A stretch of DNA of 64,000 bases from Galbitalea sp. Lineage in GTDB: Bacteria > Actinomycetota > Actinomycetes > Actinomycetales > Microbacteriaceae. The notes beneath the pieces were generated by a model. The model did no database searches and had not been told where the DNA came from. It saw only the letters and a program-made list of their open reading frames with translations. The translations under genes and the position numbers were made by a program. Position 1 is the first letter of the stretch. Each line of letters starts with the position of its first letter. The DNA lies in assembly GCA_036271875.1 (NCBI GenBank), contig DATAZU010000025.1:113486-177485 (forward strand), in the 5' to 3' direction. Below are positions 19,149 to 28,232 of the stretch, in pieces.

Positions 19149-20116
19149 CAGGAGCGCGCGGCCAACGCGTTGATCAGCTGCGGCACCACTGCAAATGCAT
19201 CGCCGACAACGCCAAAGTCGGCGATCTCAAATATTGGCGCCGATGGATCCTTATTGATGGCCACGATCGTCTTGGCAGTCTGCATCCCCGCAAGGTGCTG
19301 GATCGCTCCCGAAATTCCCACCGCGACGTACAACTGCGGGGAGATGGTGACCCCGGTCTGTCCCACCTGGGAGGTGTGCGGTACATATCCGGCGTCGACC
19401 GCGGCGCGCGATGCGCCAACGGCGGCACCCAGTTGATCGGCGAGTTGCTCAATCAACGCGAAGTTGCTTACCGAGCCCATCCCCCGGCCGCCCGACACCA
19501 CCTTGGTCGCGCTGCGAAGTGCCGGCCGGTCGGAAGCGACCGCCGCCGGAACAACCTCGTCGATGACAACCCTCACGGAGGCGGACGGGGCAATCGTCAT
19601 GCTCACGCGCTTCGGCTCGGCCGAGGCGAGGGATCCCTCAAGTGCTCCCTGGCGCACGGTAATGACGGGGATTCCACGATTCGCGCTGGCCACCACGGTG
19701 AATGCGCCGCCCAATACCGAGTGCACCGTCGAAATTTGGTCGCCGTCGCGAGCGACATCAATCACATCGCCAAGCAACGAGGCATCCAGTCGAACTGCGA
19801 GGCGACCGGCGATATCCCGCCCATCGAGCGAGTGCGCCAGCAGGACCGCCGCGGGCTTCACCTCTCTCGTGGCCTGGTGAAGCGCCGCGAGCGCGGGTTC
19901 CACCAGGACTTCGTTGACATCGGAAGACTCGGCGACATAGACGGTAGAGGCGCCGAGACGTCCGAGCTCGGTAGCAGTCGCTGCACCATCCCCCGGACGC
20001 GTTGCCACTGCCACTACCGGGTCCCCCAGGCGCGAGGCAGCGACGAGCAGAGACGGCAGGGTGTCCGCGACAGCACCGGTCGGAGTGAGTTCCGCGAGTA
20101 CGAGTATGTTTGCCAC
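19148..20116 (-). CDS. etfA: Electron transfer flavoprotein alpha subunit
   Basis: VVSGGRG, GASRAAVDAG, QVGQTG, GISGAIQHLAGM, INKD..APIF. Confidence 0.97.
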   Translation of the reverse strand: MANILVLAELTPTGAVADTLPSLLVAASRLGDPVVAVATRPGDGAATATELGRLGASTVYVAESSDVNEVLVEPALAALHQATREVKPAAVLLAHSLDGRDIAGRLAVRLDASLLGDVIDVARDGDQISTVHSVLGGAFTVVASANRGIPVITVRQGALEGSLASAEPKRVSMTIAPSASVRVVIDEVVPAAVASDRPALRSATKVVSGGRGMGSVSNFALIEQLADQLGAAVGASRAAVDAGYVPHTSQVGQTGVTISPQLYVAVGISGAIQHLAGMQTAKTIVAINKDPSAPIFEIADFGVVGDAFAVVPQLINALAARS

Positions 20117-20125
20117 GTTTCGTCC

Positions 20126-20893
20126 CTATCCAAGACCCTGGTCGACGAGAAACTGCGCGAGCTGGGTGCCGCCATCCCCGTCGTCGACCACGATGACTCC
20201 GGGAGCGCGGGCTGGCCGGGGCGTTACCGATTGGACCCGGGAATGTGGTTCGGACGACGAGATGCCGAGCTCCGCGAGACTGCGCACCGTGAGGGGTTTT
20301 CTCTTGGCGCCCATTGTTCCCCGCAGGCCCGGCAACCTCGGCTCTGGCGCGCGCTCGGTGACGGTGACGATCGCGGGAAGAGCCGCGCGGAGCCGATAGG
20401 AACCCGCATCCGCTACTCGCACTGCCCGCACTTCTCCCAAAGAAATGTCGATGTCATCGACCGATCCGAGACACGGCATCCCGAGGCGTTCCGCGATCAT
20501 TGCGGGCACCCAGCCACCTCGACCGTCCGTGGAAATATTTCCGGCGAGAATGATGTCGAAATTCTCCGGACGAAGGACTGCCGCAAGCGCCTCTGACGTC
20601 ACGAGCGCGTCCGCATTGTCGAGTTCGTCATCGAGGACCTGCAGAGCCGAGTCCGCGCCCATTGCGAGCGCGTGACGCAGACCATCCGTTGCCTCGGCCG
20701 GACCCATCGAGACCACGACCACTTCGACGTCGCCGTTGACTTCCTTGTACTGAAGCGCCGTCTCGAGCGCTCGTTCACAGATTTCGTCGAGAATCTGATC
20801 GCCCGAATCGCGATCCATGCGGCCGTTGCTCACATCGAGGCTGCGGTCGCCCCAGGTGTCCGGGACCTGCTTGACAAGGACGCCTATGCGCAT
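20126..20893 (-). CDS. etfB: Electron transfer flavoprotein beta subunit
   Basis: VLVKQVPDT, ALAMGAD, STDG, EPRLP...MGAKRK; start ATG 20893. Confidence 0.96.
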   Translation of the reverse strand: MRIGVLVKQVPDTWGDRSLDVSNGRMDRDSGDQILDEICERALETALQYKEVNGDVEVVVVSMGPAEATDGLRHALAMGADSALQVLDDELDNADALVTSEALAAVLRPENFDIILAGNISTDGRGGWVPAMIAERLGMPCLGSVDDIDISLGEVRAVRVADAGSYRLRAALPAIVTVTERAPEPRLPGLRGTMGAKRKPLTVRSLAELGISSSEPHSRVQSVTPRPARAPGVIVVDDGDGGTQLAQFLVDQGLG

Positions 20894-21047
20894 TCGATCG
20901 CTCCGAATGCTCGGACTCGGGTTCTGGTCGGCTGCGCCGCTGCCCAATCACACATCTGCCAATTCTCCGATCTATTGCGCGATCGAGTGTGCCATTTGGC
21001 TTATATAGATCACCCGCATCGGGAAAACCGATGGGTGAAGGATGGCC

Positions 21048-22199
21048 TCAACTCCCACTCTTGCCTTCGGCGAGTTCCGCCAGCACAGCCTCCGTGTGCT
21101 GACCAAGCTCCGCCACCGCGCCCATCCGGGTTTCGCTGAAGCGGGCCGTTACCGGAGGCACGAGGACGCGAACCGGGCCGTTCGGCGACCCGATCTCGCT
21201 CCAGCGGTGGCGTGCCTGCAGTTGCGGATGCGCCGAGAAATCGGCCATGTTGCGTAGTTCGGCGTTGGCTACGTTCGACGCGTCGAGCAATTCGCGAGCC
21301 TCGGCGGTGGTCAGCGAACGCAGCGGCGCGGCGATGCGCTCGTTGAGGTCTCCCCGGTTGATGACCCGCGCCGAGTTGTCGGTAAATCTGGCATCCCTCG
21401 CCAGTCCCGGATCTCGCAGGACGGCCTCGCACAGGGCCACCCACTCTCGATCGTTCTGCACGGCAAGGTAAATAACTCCATCGACCGTATCGAACGGTCC
21501 ATACGGCGCGATCGTCGCGTGTTCCGCCCCACTGCGCGGCTGTTGCGTGCCCCCATACTCGGAGTACAGATACGGCTGCATCATCCACTCGCCCAGCGCT
21601 TCAAGCATTGAGACCTCGATCACATCTCCGTGCCCGGTCGTCGCGCGATGGAGGAGCGCGGTGAGAATCCCCGAGTATGCGTACATCCCCGTCGCGATAT
21701 CGGCCAGCGATATTCCTGCCTTCGCTGGTGCCTCCGGTGTTCCGGTCACGCTGAGGAGGCCGGCCTCACACTGAACAAGGAGGTCATACGCCTTTCTATC
21801 GGCAAGGGGACCACCCTCGCCAAAACCGGATACCGAAACATAGATGAGTCTCGGGTTGATGGACGTGAGTTCGTCGACCCCGAACCCGAGTCGATCGATA
21901 GCACCCGGCGCAAGGTTCTGAACGAAAACGTCGGCGCTGGCAACAAGCGCTCTTAACGCGTCCTGCCCAAGGGTCGACTTGAGATCGAGGACCACGCTCT
22001 CCTTGCCGCGGTTAAGCCAGACGTAGTAACTCGACATACCTCGGACGGCACGGTCGTAGCCGCGGGCAAAGTCGCCCTCGGGGCGTTCGATCTTGATTAC
22101 CCTGGCGCCAAGGTCGGCAAGCTGCCTGGTAGCAAAGGGTGCGGCGACCGCCTGCTCAAGCGAGACAACGGTTAATCCCTCGAGTGGAAGGCCGGTCAT
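21048..22199 (-). CDS. Family III CoA-transferase (itaconate CoA-transferase-like)
   Basis: LEQAVAAPFATRQLADLGARVIKIERP.GDFARGYD, WLNRGKES, KAYDLLVQ; operon with MaoC and CitE. Confidence 0.9.
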   Translation of the reverse strand: MTGLPLEGLTVVSLEQAVAAPFATRQLADLGARVIKIERPEGDFARGYDRAVRGMSSYYVWLNRGKESVVLDLKSTLGQDALRALVASADVFVQNLAPGAIDRLGFGVDELTSINPRLIYVSVSGFGEGGPLADRKAYDLLVQCEAGLLSVTGTPEAPAKAGISLADIATGMYAYSGILTALLHRATTGHGDVIEVSMLEALGEWMMQPYLYSEYGGTQQPRSGAEHATIAPYGPFDTVDGVIYLAVQNDREWVALCEAVLRDPGLARDARFTDNSARVINRGDLNERIAAPLRSLTTAEARELLDASNVANAELRNMADFSAHPQLQARHRWSEIGSPNGPVRVLVPPVTARFSETRMGAVAELGQHTEAVLAELAEGKSGS

Positions 22200-23014
22200 G
22201 CCGAGTTCTCAGCTCGGCTCAAGGTCCAACGGGCTCGTTCCGCAACGGGAAGATCGACAAATTGACCCGCAACCTGCGCGCTCGCACCGTCGGCGGAAAG
22301 CACCCGGCGAGCCCAGGTCAGCTCGGCGTCGGTGGGGGCGAACCCCGAGCGGATGGCCGAAAGCTGTCCTGGATGGATGGCCAGCATGCCACCGAATCCG
22401 AACGCACGCGCCCTCCGCGCCTGATCCTCGACGGCCGCGGTATTCGAAATCTCGACTGATGGCGCATCGAGGGGTGGACGAATGCCCGCGGCGCGCGACG
22501 CGTTGACCAAACGGGAACGCGCGTACGCCATCGGCGCCGCGGCGTGCTCGGCACCGATGTCGAGCGAGTAGTCGATTGACCCGAAGGCGAGTCGGCTTAC
22601 CCCGGGTACGGCAGCCAGGTTTTCACACCGGGACAGTCCGACGGCGGACTCGACGAGCGGGACGATGGCCACGTGCTCGGGAACCAACTGGGCTATTTCC
22701 TGAAGGGTGCCCTCGTCGTCCGCTTTCGCGACCATGATTCCGATCAGTCCCGGAAGGTGCGCGAGTGACCTCACCTGAGTGGCGTGGCGAACATCGGATG
22801 CGGCCCGCACTCGGACGATCGCGCTGACAGTTCCCGATGACAGTGCGTCAACGGTGTGTGCGAGAGCCACGTCAGCGTCGGTGTCGGCAACGGCATCTTC
22901 GAGATCGATGATGATCCCGTCCGCCGTGCTCTCGGCGGCCTTGGCGAATCGGTCGGGCCGACTCCCGGGAACGAACAACAGCGTCGTCGCATCGGAGACC
23001 GACGAAAGGCTCAC
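22196..23014 (-). CDS. CitE-like CoA-ester lyase (citramalyl-CoA lyase-like)
   Basis: LLFVPGSRPDRF.KA, IIDLEDAV, PLVESA, LAFGSIDY, AIHPGQ, VDLPV; GTG 23014 in a GTGA overlap. Confidence 0.9.
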   Translation of the reverse strand: MSLSSVSDATTLLFVPGSRPDRFAKAAESTADGIIIDLEDAVADTDADVALAHTVDALSSGTVSAIVRVRAASDVRHATQVRSLAHLPGLIGIMVAKADDEGTLQEIAQLVPEHVAIVPLVESAVGLSRCENLAAVPGVSRLAFGSIDYSLDIGAEHAAAPMAYARSRLVNASRAAGIRPPLDAPSVEISNTAAVEDQARRARAFGFGGMLAIHPGQLSAIRSGFAPTDAELTWARRVLSADGASAQVAGQFVDLPVAERARWTLSRAENSA

Positions 23015-23592
23015 GACGATTCCGTCCCGTGCTGCGCCAAAGCGATAAGGGATTCCACTGCGGGTCTGTTGGCCGAGAGGTCGGGGCCAGCCCCGCGGCG
23101 GTACACCATGAAAGTGCGCCGATACGTGAGGATTATCGTTCCGTCCTGCTTGTATCCCTCGGTCGCGACGGTCACGAGCCCGACCTGCGGCTTCGACTTC
23201 GATTCGCGAGTCGCCATGACGATGGAACGCGAGTAGATGGTGTCGCCCTCGAACACGGGCTTGGGTATCCGCACCTCGTCCCACCCGAGATTGGCGTAGA
23301 CGTTGAACGACAGATCAATCGTCGACTGCCCCGTGACGAGCGCCAGAACGAACGTCGAGTTCACCAGAGGCAGCGTGTACTCGGTCTGCCTGGCGAATTC
23401 GACATCCAGATGTGTCTTGGACGTGTTCTGGGTTAGCAGGGTAAACCACTGGTTGTCTGTCGCGGTCAGCGTGCGGCCCATGGGGTGAAGGTAGATATCC
23501 CCGACGCCAAAGTCTTCGAAGTATCGACCCGTCCAACCGGCTACTTCCCTGTATCCCTGTTCGCTCATGTTCTGGTGCTCCGATTCGCTCAT
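23011..23592 (-). CDS. MaoC family dehydratase (RipB / itaconyl-CoA hydratase-like)
   Basis: GWTGRYFEDF.VGDIY.HP.GRT...DN.WFTLLTQN...H.D, ANLGWDEVR..PVFEGDTIY. Confidence 0.9.
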   Translation of the reverse strand: MSESEHQNMSEQGYREVAGWTGRYFEDFGVGDIYLHPMGRTLTATDNQWFTLLTQNTSKTHLDVEFARQTEYTLPLVNSTFVLALVTGQSTIDLSFNVYANLGWDEVRIPKPVFEGDTIYSRSIVMATRESKSKPQVGLVTVATEGYKQDGTIILTYRRTFMVYRRGAGPDLSANRPAVESLIALAQHGTESS

Positions 23593-23635
23593 CGGCGTGA
23601 TTCGCTTTCACGCTTCGCTTACCCCCGTTGGAAAG

Positions 23636-23649
23636 TATTATATAAAATA
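23636..23649. promoter_or_regulatory. AT-rich near-palindrome, candidate GntR operator
   Basis: TATTATATAAAATA in the short divergent gap between maoC and the acyl-CoA dehydrogenase; a GntR gene lies in the same locus. Confidence 0.5.
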
Positions 23650-24818
23650 TGGAAAATGATATGCGCGTGGGCGAATTCGACGCATTGCGGGCGCGCACGA
23701 GAGCGGTCTGCCAGGGCTTCCCCGACGCGTATTGGCGGGGCCACGATCGTGAGCGCACGTATCCGCACGAGTTCGTCGATGCGATAACGCGCTCGGGCCT
23801 TCTCGCGGCTCTCATCCCCACTCAGTTCGGCGGTCTGGGACTGGGCCTCATCGAGGCGAGCATCATCATGGAGGAGATCAACCGTTCCGGCGGACATTCC
23901 GCGGCCTGTCACGCCCAGATGTATCTCATGAGCTGCCTGCTGAACTTTGGTGGCGACGAACAGCGCGAGCGATACCTTCCCGCCATAGCCCGTGGCGACC
24001 TCCGTCTCCAAGCGTTCTCCATCACGGAGGATGCCGGTTCAGACACGACAAACATCACCACCCGGGCCGAGCGGGTTGGCGACACGTTTGTGATCAATGG
24101 ACACAAGACCTGGACGAGCCGGATCGATCAATCCGACCTTGCGCTCATTCTTGCCCGGACGACGGAGCGGGACCCGAGCAACAAGACGAGCGGACTCAGC
24201 CTGTTTCTGGCGGACCTTCGATCGATACGTGCCGAGCAGGGCGGCGCCATGCGCGTTGAGCCGGTGCGCACGATGTTCAACTATGCGACGAACCAGGTGT
24301 ACTTCACCGACCTTAGGCTTCCGATCGACTCTGTCATCGGCGAGGTCGGGTCGGGGTTCCGCTATGTGATCGAGAGCTGGAACGCCGAGCGGATCCTGTT
24401 GGCCGCTGAGGCGATTGGGGATGGCTACTGGTTCACCGATCGCGCCGCGCAGTACGCGAGCGCCCGGCAGGTGTTTGGGCGCGCCATCGGTGCGAATCAG
24501 GGCGTGCAGTTTCCCATCGTTGATGCGTACATGAAAGTGCGCGCGGCAGACCTGATGCGGTACGAAGCGGCACGACTGTTCGACTCCGGTCAACCGTGCG
24601 GGCCCGAAGCGAACATGGCGAAGCATCTCAGTGCCGAGGCGAGCTGGGATGCCGCCAACGCCTGCCTCAATACCTACGGCGGATACGGCTTCGTCGACCA
24701 ATACGACGTCGAGAGAAAATTTCGCGAGACGCGGATGTACCAGGTGGCTCCGATCAACAACAACCTCGTCAAGACATTCATTGGCGACAAAGTGCTGGGG
24801 ATGCCAAGGACATACTAG
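23649..24818 (+). CDS. Acyl-CoA dehydrogenase (methylsuccinyl-CoA dehydrogenase-like by context)
   Basis: EASIIMEEINRSGG...ACHAQMY, NAERILLAAE, RQVFGRAIGANQGVQFPI, GGYGF..YDVERKFRE, LGMPRTY. Confidence 0.92.
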   Translation: MENDMRVGEFDALRARTRAVCQGFPDAYWRGHDRERTYPHEFVDAITRSGLLAALIPTQFGGLGLGLIEASIIMEEINRSGGHSAACHAQMYLMSCLLNFGGDEQRERYLPAIARGDLRLQAFSITEDAGSDTTNITTRAERVGDTFVINGHKTWTSRIDQSDLALILARTTERDPSNKTSGLSLFLADLRSIRAEQGGAMRVEPVRTMFNYATNQVYFTDLRLPIDSVIGEVGSGFRYVIESWNAERILLAAEAIGDGYWFTDRAAQYASARQVFGRAIGANQGVQFPIVDAYMKVRAADLMRYEAARLFDSGQPCGPEANMAKHLSAEASWDAANACLNTYGGYGFVDQYDVERKFRETRMYQVAPINNNLVKTFIGDKVLGMPRTY

Positions 24819-24866
24819 GCCTCGACTCATTTGCGGTTTGGCTACGCTGTGGAGGCAGGAGGAACC

Positions 24867-25559
24867 GTGACCACAACGCGTACCGAGCCTTTTCGCCAGC
24901 GCTCGCAACTGAGCGATGAGGCGTCGGCGTACATCCGTAACCTGATCATGTCCGGTCAGCTGCTTCCCGGAGAGTCGGTTCGACCGGAACTGATTGCCGA
25001 ACCGCTTGGCGTGTCGACCACTCCGGTTCGCGAGGCGCTGCAGGCGTTGCGGGTCGAGGGCTTTCTCGAACTGTTGCCCCGCCGCGGGTTCATCGTTGCA
25101 CCACTGACGGGAAGCGACATCCGCGACATCTTCACCGCCCACGCGCTCATCGCGGGCGAGCTTGCCGCCCGTGCCGCCCGGAACGCGACGCCGGAGGAGA
25201 TCGCAACGTTGGCCGAGTTGCACGAGTCCCTGCTGGCAGCGGCAAGGTCCGGAGACCTCGAGGGGCTCGAGCAGCGGAACCACCAGTTTCATCGGGAGGT
25301 GAACCGCACCGCCGAAGCCCGCAAACTCGGCTGGGTGCTCGGAGTGGTCGGACGATACGTGCCGCACCTGTTCTATTCGACCGTACGGGGCTGGCCGGGC
25401 GCCACCATCGAGGACCATTCGGCGATCATGGAGTCGATCGCGGCCGGCAACGCAGAGCAGGCCCGTGAGGCGATGACCAGGCACATTATTCACGCGGGCG
25501 AGCTGCTGGCACAGCAATTCGACGAACGGACTGTCCGATCCGGGCAGAGTGGTTCGTAG
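24867..25559 (+). CDS. GntR family regulator with FCD domain
   Basis: LGVSTTPVREAL..L..EG...PRRG, NHQFH, EDH..I; GGAGG SD before GTG 24867. Confidence 0.93.
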   Translation: MTTTRTEPFRQRSQLSDEASAYIRNLIMSGQLLPGESVRPELIAEPLGVSTTPVREALQALRVEGFLELLPRRGFIVAPLTGSDIRDIFTAHALIAGELAARAARNATPEEIATLAELHESLLAAARSGDLEGLEQRNHQFHREVNRTAEARKLGWVLGVVGRYVPHLFYSTVRGWPGATIEDHSAIMESIAAGNAEQAREAMTRHIIHAGELLAQQFDERTVRSGQSGS

Positions 25560-25611
25560 TAGGAGTGAGAGGCAGCCACAGGGGATGCCACAAAGCGAGG
25601 AGCACTTCGAC

Positions 25612-25965
25612 ATGCAATTTCTGGTATCCGTAATCGACAGCACAGAGGCGATCGCCGCTGGCCGCAGCGAATTGGCTACGCGGGCCGAGCAGGATGCGAT
25701 CGACGTCCTCAACCAGGAGCTCCAGGACGAAGGCTGCTGGGTCTTCGCCGGAGGTCTTGGGATGAACGACAGCGCGACCGTGATCGACAACCGTCGCGGT
25801 GAAACGGTCATCACCGACGGCCCATTCGTCGAGTCCAAGGAATTCCTGGCGGGGTTCTGGATCCTCGAACTCGCCGACCTCGATGCCGCACTAAGGATCG
25901 CGACCAAGGCGTCGACCGCCTGCAATCGCAAGATCGAGGTTCGCCCGTTCCTGAGGCCGGAATAG
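25612..25965 (+). CDS. YciI (DGPF) family protein
   Basis: TDGPFVESKEFLAGFWI, IEVRPF; GAGGAG SD. Confidence 0.93.
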   Translation: MQFLVSVIDSTEAIAAGRSELATRAEQDAIDVLNQELQDEGCWVFAGGLGMNDSATVIDNRRGETVITDGPFVESKEFLAGFWILELADLDAALRIATKASTACNRKIEVRPFLRPE

Positions 25966-27200
25966 ACGCCACGGAGGCGATCACTCTCGCTCACCGCAAC
26001 GAGTGGGCGCGGGTCGTCGCCATCCTTGCCGGGCGCTTCCGTGATCTGGACCTCGCGGAAGAAGCCGCGGCAGAAGCGTTTGCGACCGCCGCGCGGAGGT
26101 GGCCGCTCGACGGTGTTCCGCCGAACCCGGGCGCCTGGCTGACGACGACGGCCTATCGAAAGGCGATCGACCACATCCGGCGCGAGAACAAGCGCGAAGA
26201 GAAACACAGGGAGGCTGAGTTGATCGCGGACGACAGCGCGCCCGAGCCCCTTGGCGCGATCGAGGATGAGCGACTGCGGCTGATCTTTGTCTGCTGCCAC
26301 CCGGCACTCGCGATGGAGAGCCGGGTAGCGCTGACGCTTCGGATGCTCGGGGGCCTCACGGTCGCCGAAATCGCGCGGGCGTTCCTGGTCCAGGACTCTG
26401 CCATGGCGCGACGGATCACGCGGGCCAAGGACAAGATCAAGGCTACGGGCATCCCGTTCCGCGTCCCATCCTCGGATGATCTCCCCACGCGAACGGCCGG
26501 CGTTCTTGCGGTGCTGTACCTCGTCTTCAACGAGGGCTATCTGGCCAGCGACCCGGATCGCGACCCGATTCGATCCGACCTCACCGGGGAGGCGATCCGT
26601 CTCACTCGGCTGCTGCGCGTCCTTCTGCCCGAGAACGGCGAGGCCACGGGTCTTCTCGCGCTCATGCTCCTCACCGAGGCCCGCAGTTCGACTCGGGTCT
26701 CGGCTGCCGGCGAACTCGTGACAATCGATGAGCAAGATCGCGGCTCATGGGACGCGACGCGGATCGCCGAGGGACACGCGCTGGTGCGCCAGCGACTCGC
26801 GACTGGTGAGGCGCCCGGGCCGTACCAAATCCTCGCGGCGATCAACGCCGTGCACACGTCAGCTCGGGACGCTCGCGATACCGATTGGTCGCAGGTCGTC
26901 GCGCTCTACGACCAGCTTGCGAGAATGGATTCGTCGCCGATCATTGCCCTTAATCGGGCCATTGCCGTCGCCGAACTCGACGGACCGGATGTTGCCATGG
27001 CATCCATCGATCGTCTCTCGGGCCCGCTTACGAGCTACCAGCCGTACCACGCGGTTCGCGCCGACCTGCTGCGTCGCCTCGGACGCAGCGCCGACGCGCG
27101 CCAGGAGTACGACGCTGCCATCGAGCTGTCTGGCAACTCCGCCGAGATCGCAAACCTGAGGCGCCGCCGAGATCAGCTGGGCGGCGAAGTCACCGATTAG
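25962..27200 (+). CDS. ECF sigma factor with long C-terminal extension (ECF42-like); no canonical start for region 2
   Basis: Frame upstream of TTG 26220 is open and encodes EWARVVA...DLDLAEEA...WP.DGVPPNPGAWL...RKAID..RRE; then LRLIFVCCHPAL, YLVFNEGY, PGPYQ..AAINAVH, TDW. Paired with a DGPF gene. Confidence 0.85.
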   Translation: MDATEAITLAHRNEWARVVAILAGRFRDLDLAEEAAAEAFATAARRWPLDGVPPNPGAWLTTTAYRKAIDHIRRENKREEKHREAELIADDSAPEPLGAIEDERLRLIFVCCHPALAMESRVALTLRMLGGLTVAEIARAFLVQDSAMARRITRAKDKIKATGIPFRVPSSDDLPTRTAGVLAVLYLVFNEGYLASDPDRDPIRSDLTGEAIRLTRLLRVLLPENGEATGLLALMLLTEARSSTRVSAAGELVTIDEQDRGSWDATRIAEGHALVRQRLATGEAPGPYQILAAINAVHTSARDARDTDWSQVVALYDQLARMDSSPIIALNRAIAVAELDGPDVAMASIDRLSGPLTSYQPYHAVRADLLRRLGRSADARQEYDAAIELSGNSAEIANLRRRRDQLGGEVTD

Positions 27201-27508
27201 GCGAAACCCAGCAGTCGGAGGCCGGCCGCCGACAGGGCGCCCAGGATGACGACCACGATGAACGGCGCTCTGAACAGGAGCGCGGTTGCCGCGACGACGA
27301 GCGAACCGATACGCGCGTCCGCCACGAGGTGCTGACCGCTTGAGAAGGTGTTCGCCGCTGTCAACGCGGCAAGCAGCCCGATCGTCAATGTTCCGGCAAT
27401 GCGCAGGATGCGAGGGTTCTTCAGCAGTCGACGCGGTACGAGGTAGCCAACCAGCTTGGTGAGGAACGCGACGATGCTGGCGACGATGATCCAGATCCAG
27501 AGCGTCAT
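27197..27508 (-). CDS. azlD: AzlD domain membrane protein
   Basis: KLVGY.VP, LLAAL, DAR..., RAPF; downstream of azlC with ATGA overlap. Confidence 0.85.
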   Translation of the reverse strand: MTLWIWIIVASIVAFLTKLVGYLVPRRLLKNPRILRIAGTLTIGLLAALTAANTFSSGQHLVADARIGSLVVAATALLFRAPFIVVVILGALSAAGLRLLGFA

Positions 27509-28206
27509 TCGGGGACCTCCCGCTGCTCCGCTCGCTGCTGGCGGTAGCCGAACCATCCGATTGCTGCCGCAACGACCGCGGCAACGAGGATGGGGATGCC
27601 CGGCGGCACAAACGGCACAGCGATGACGGTTGCCACCGCGCACACGATCGCGATCGCCCCGGCCTCACGCGACGTGAGTCTCGGCCAGAGCAGCGCGAGG
27701 AACGCGGCAACGGCTGCGCCGTCCAGTCCCCAGTTCTTCGGGTCGCCGACCGCGCTGCCGGCGAGGGCGCCGAGCAGCGTGAAGAGATTCCACAGGAGAA
27801 AGATGCCCACGCCGGCAATCCAAAACCCGCGCTTCTGTTCGATCGTGTCGGTCTGTCCGGTGCTCGTCGCGAACGACTCGTCGACCGTGAACTGGGCCGA
27901 AACAAACCGGCGCCAGCCTCGCGGCTGCAGCAGCGCGTTCAGCTGCATCCCGTACACGGCATTGCGGATCCCGAGCAGCGCCGAAGCTCCCGCGGCCGCT
28001 ATCGGGTTGCCGCCTCCCGCGATGACCCCGATGAATGCGAACTGTGATCCGCCCGAGAACAACAGCAGGCTGAGTACGCAGGTCTGAAGCACATCCAGTC
28101 CGGATGACACAGACAGCGCACCGAAGGAGACACCGTACAGACCTGTCGCAACGGCGATCGAAAGCCCGACTCGTGCTCCCGGTGAATTGCGAAGGCTGGT
28201 CGACAT
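27505..28206 (-). CDS. azlC: AzlC family permease
   Basis: YGVSFGAL, FSGGSQFA, RNAVYG, DESFA, GLDGA...FLALL. Confidence 0.92.
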   Translation of the reverse strand: MSTSLRNSPGARVGLSIAVATGLYGVSFGALSVSSGLDVLQTCVLSLLLFSGGSQFAFIGVIAGGGNPIAAAGASALLGIRNAVYGMQLNALLQPRGWRRFVSAQFTVDESFATSTGQTDTIEQKRGFWIAGVGIFLLWNLFTLLGALAGSAVGDPKNWGLDGAAVAAFLALLWPRLTSREAGAIAIVCAVATVIAVPFVPPGIPILVAAVVAAAIGWFGYRQQRAEQREVPE

Positions 28207-28232
28207 CGCCCCATGCTACGGCCCGGCCGAAG

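Noticed and set aside
24039-26735. 898-aa ORF on the - strand
   Set aside because: Antisense shadow of the acyl-CoA dehydrogenase, GntR, YciI and sigma genes; no motifs; expected in high-GC DNA.
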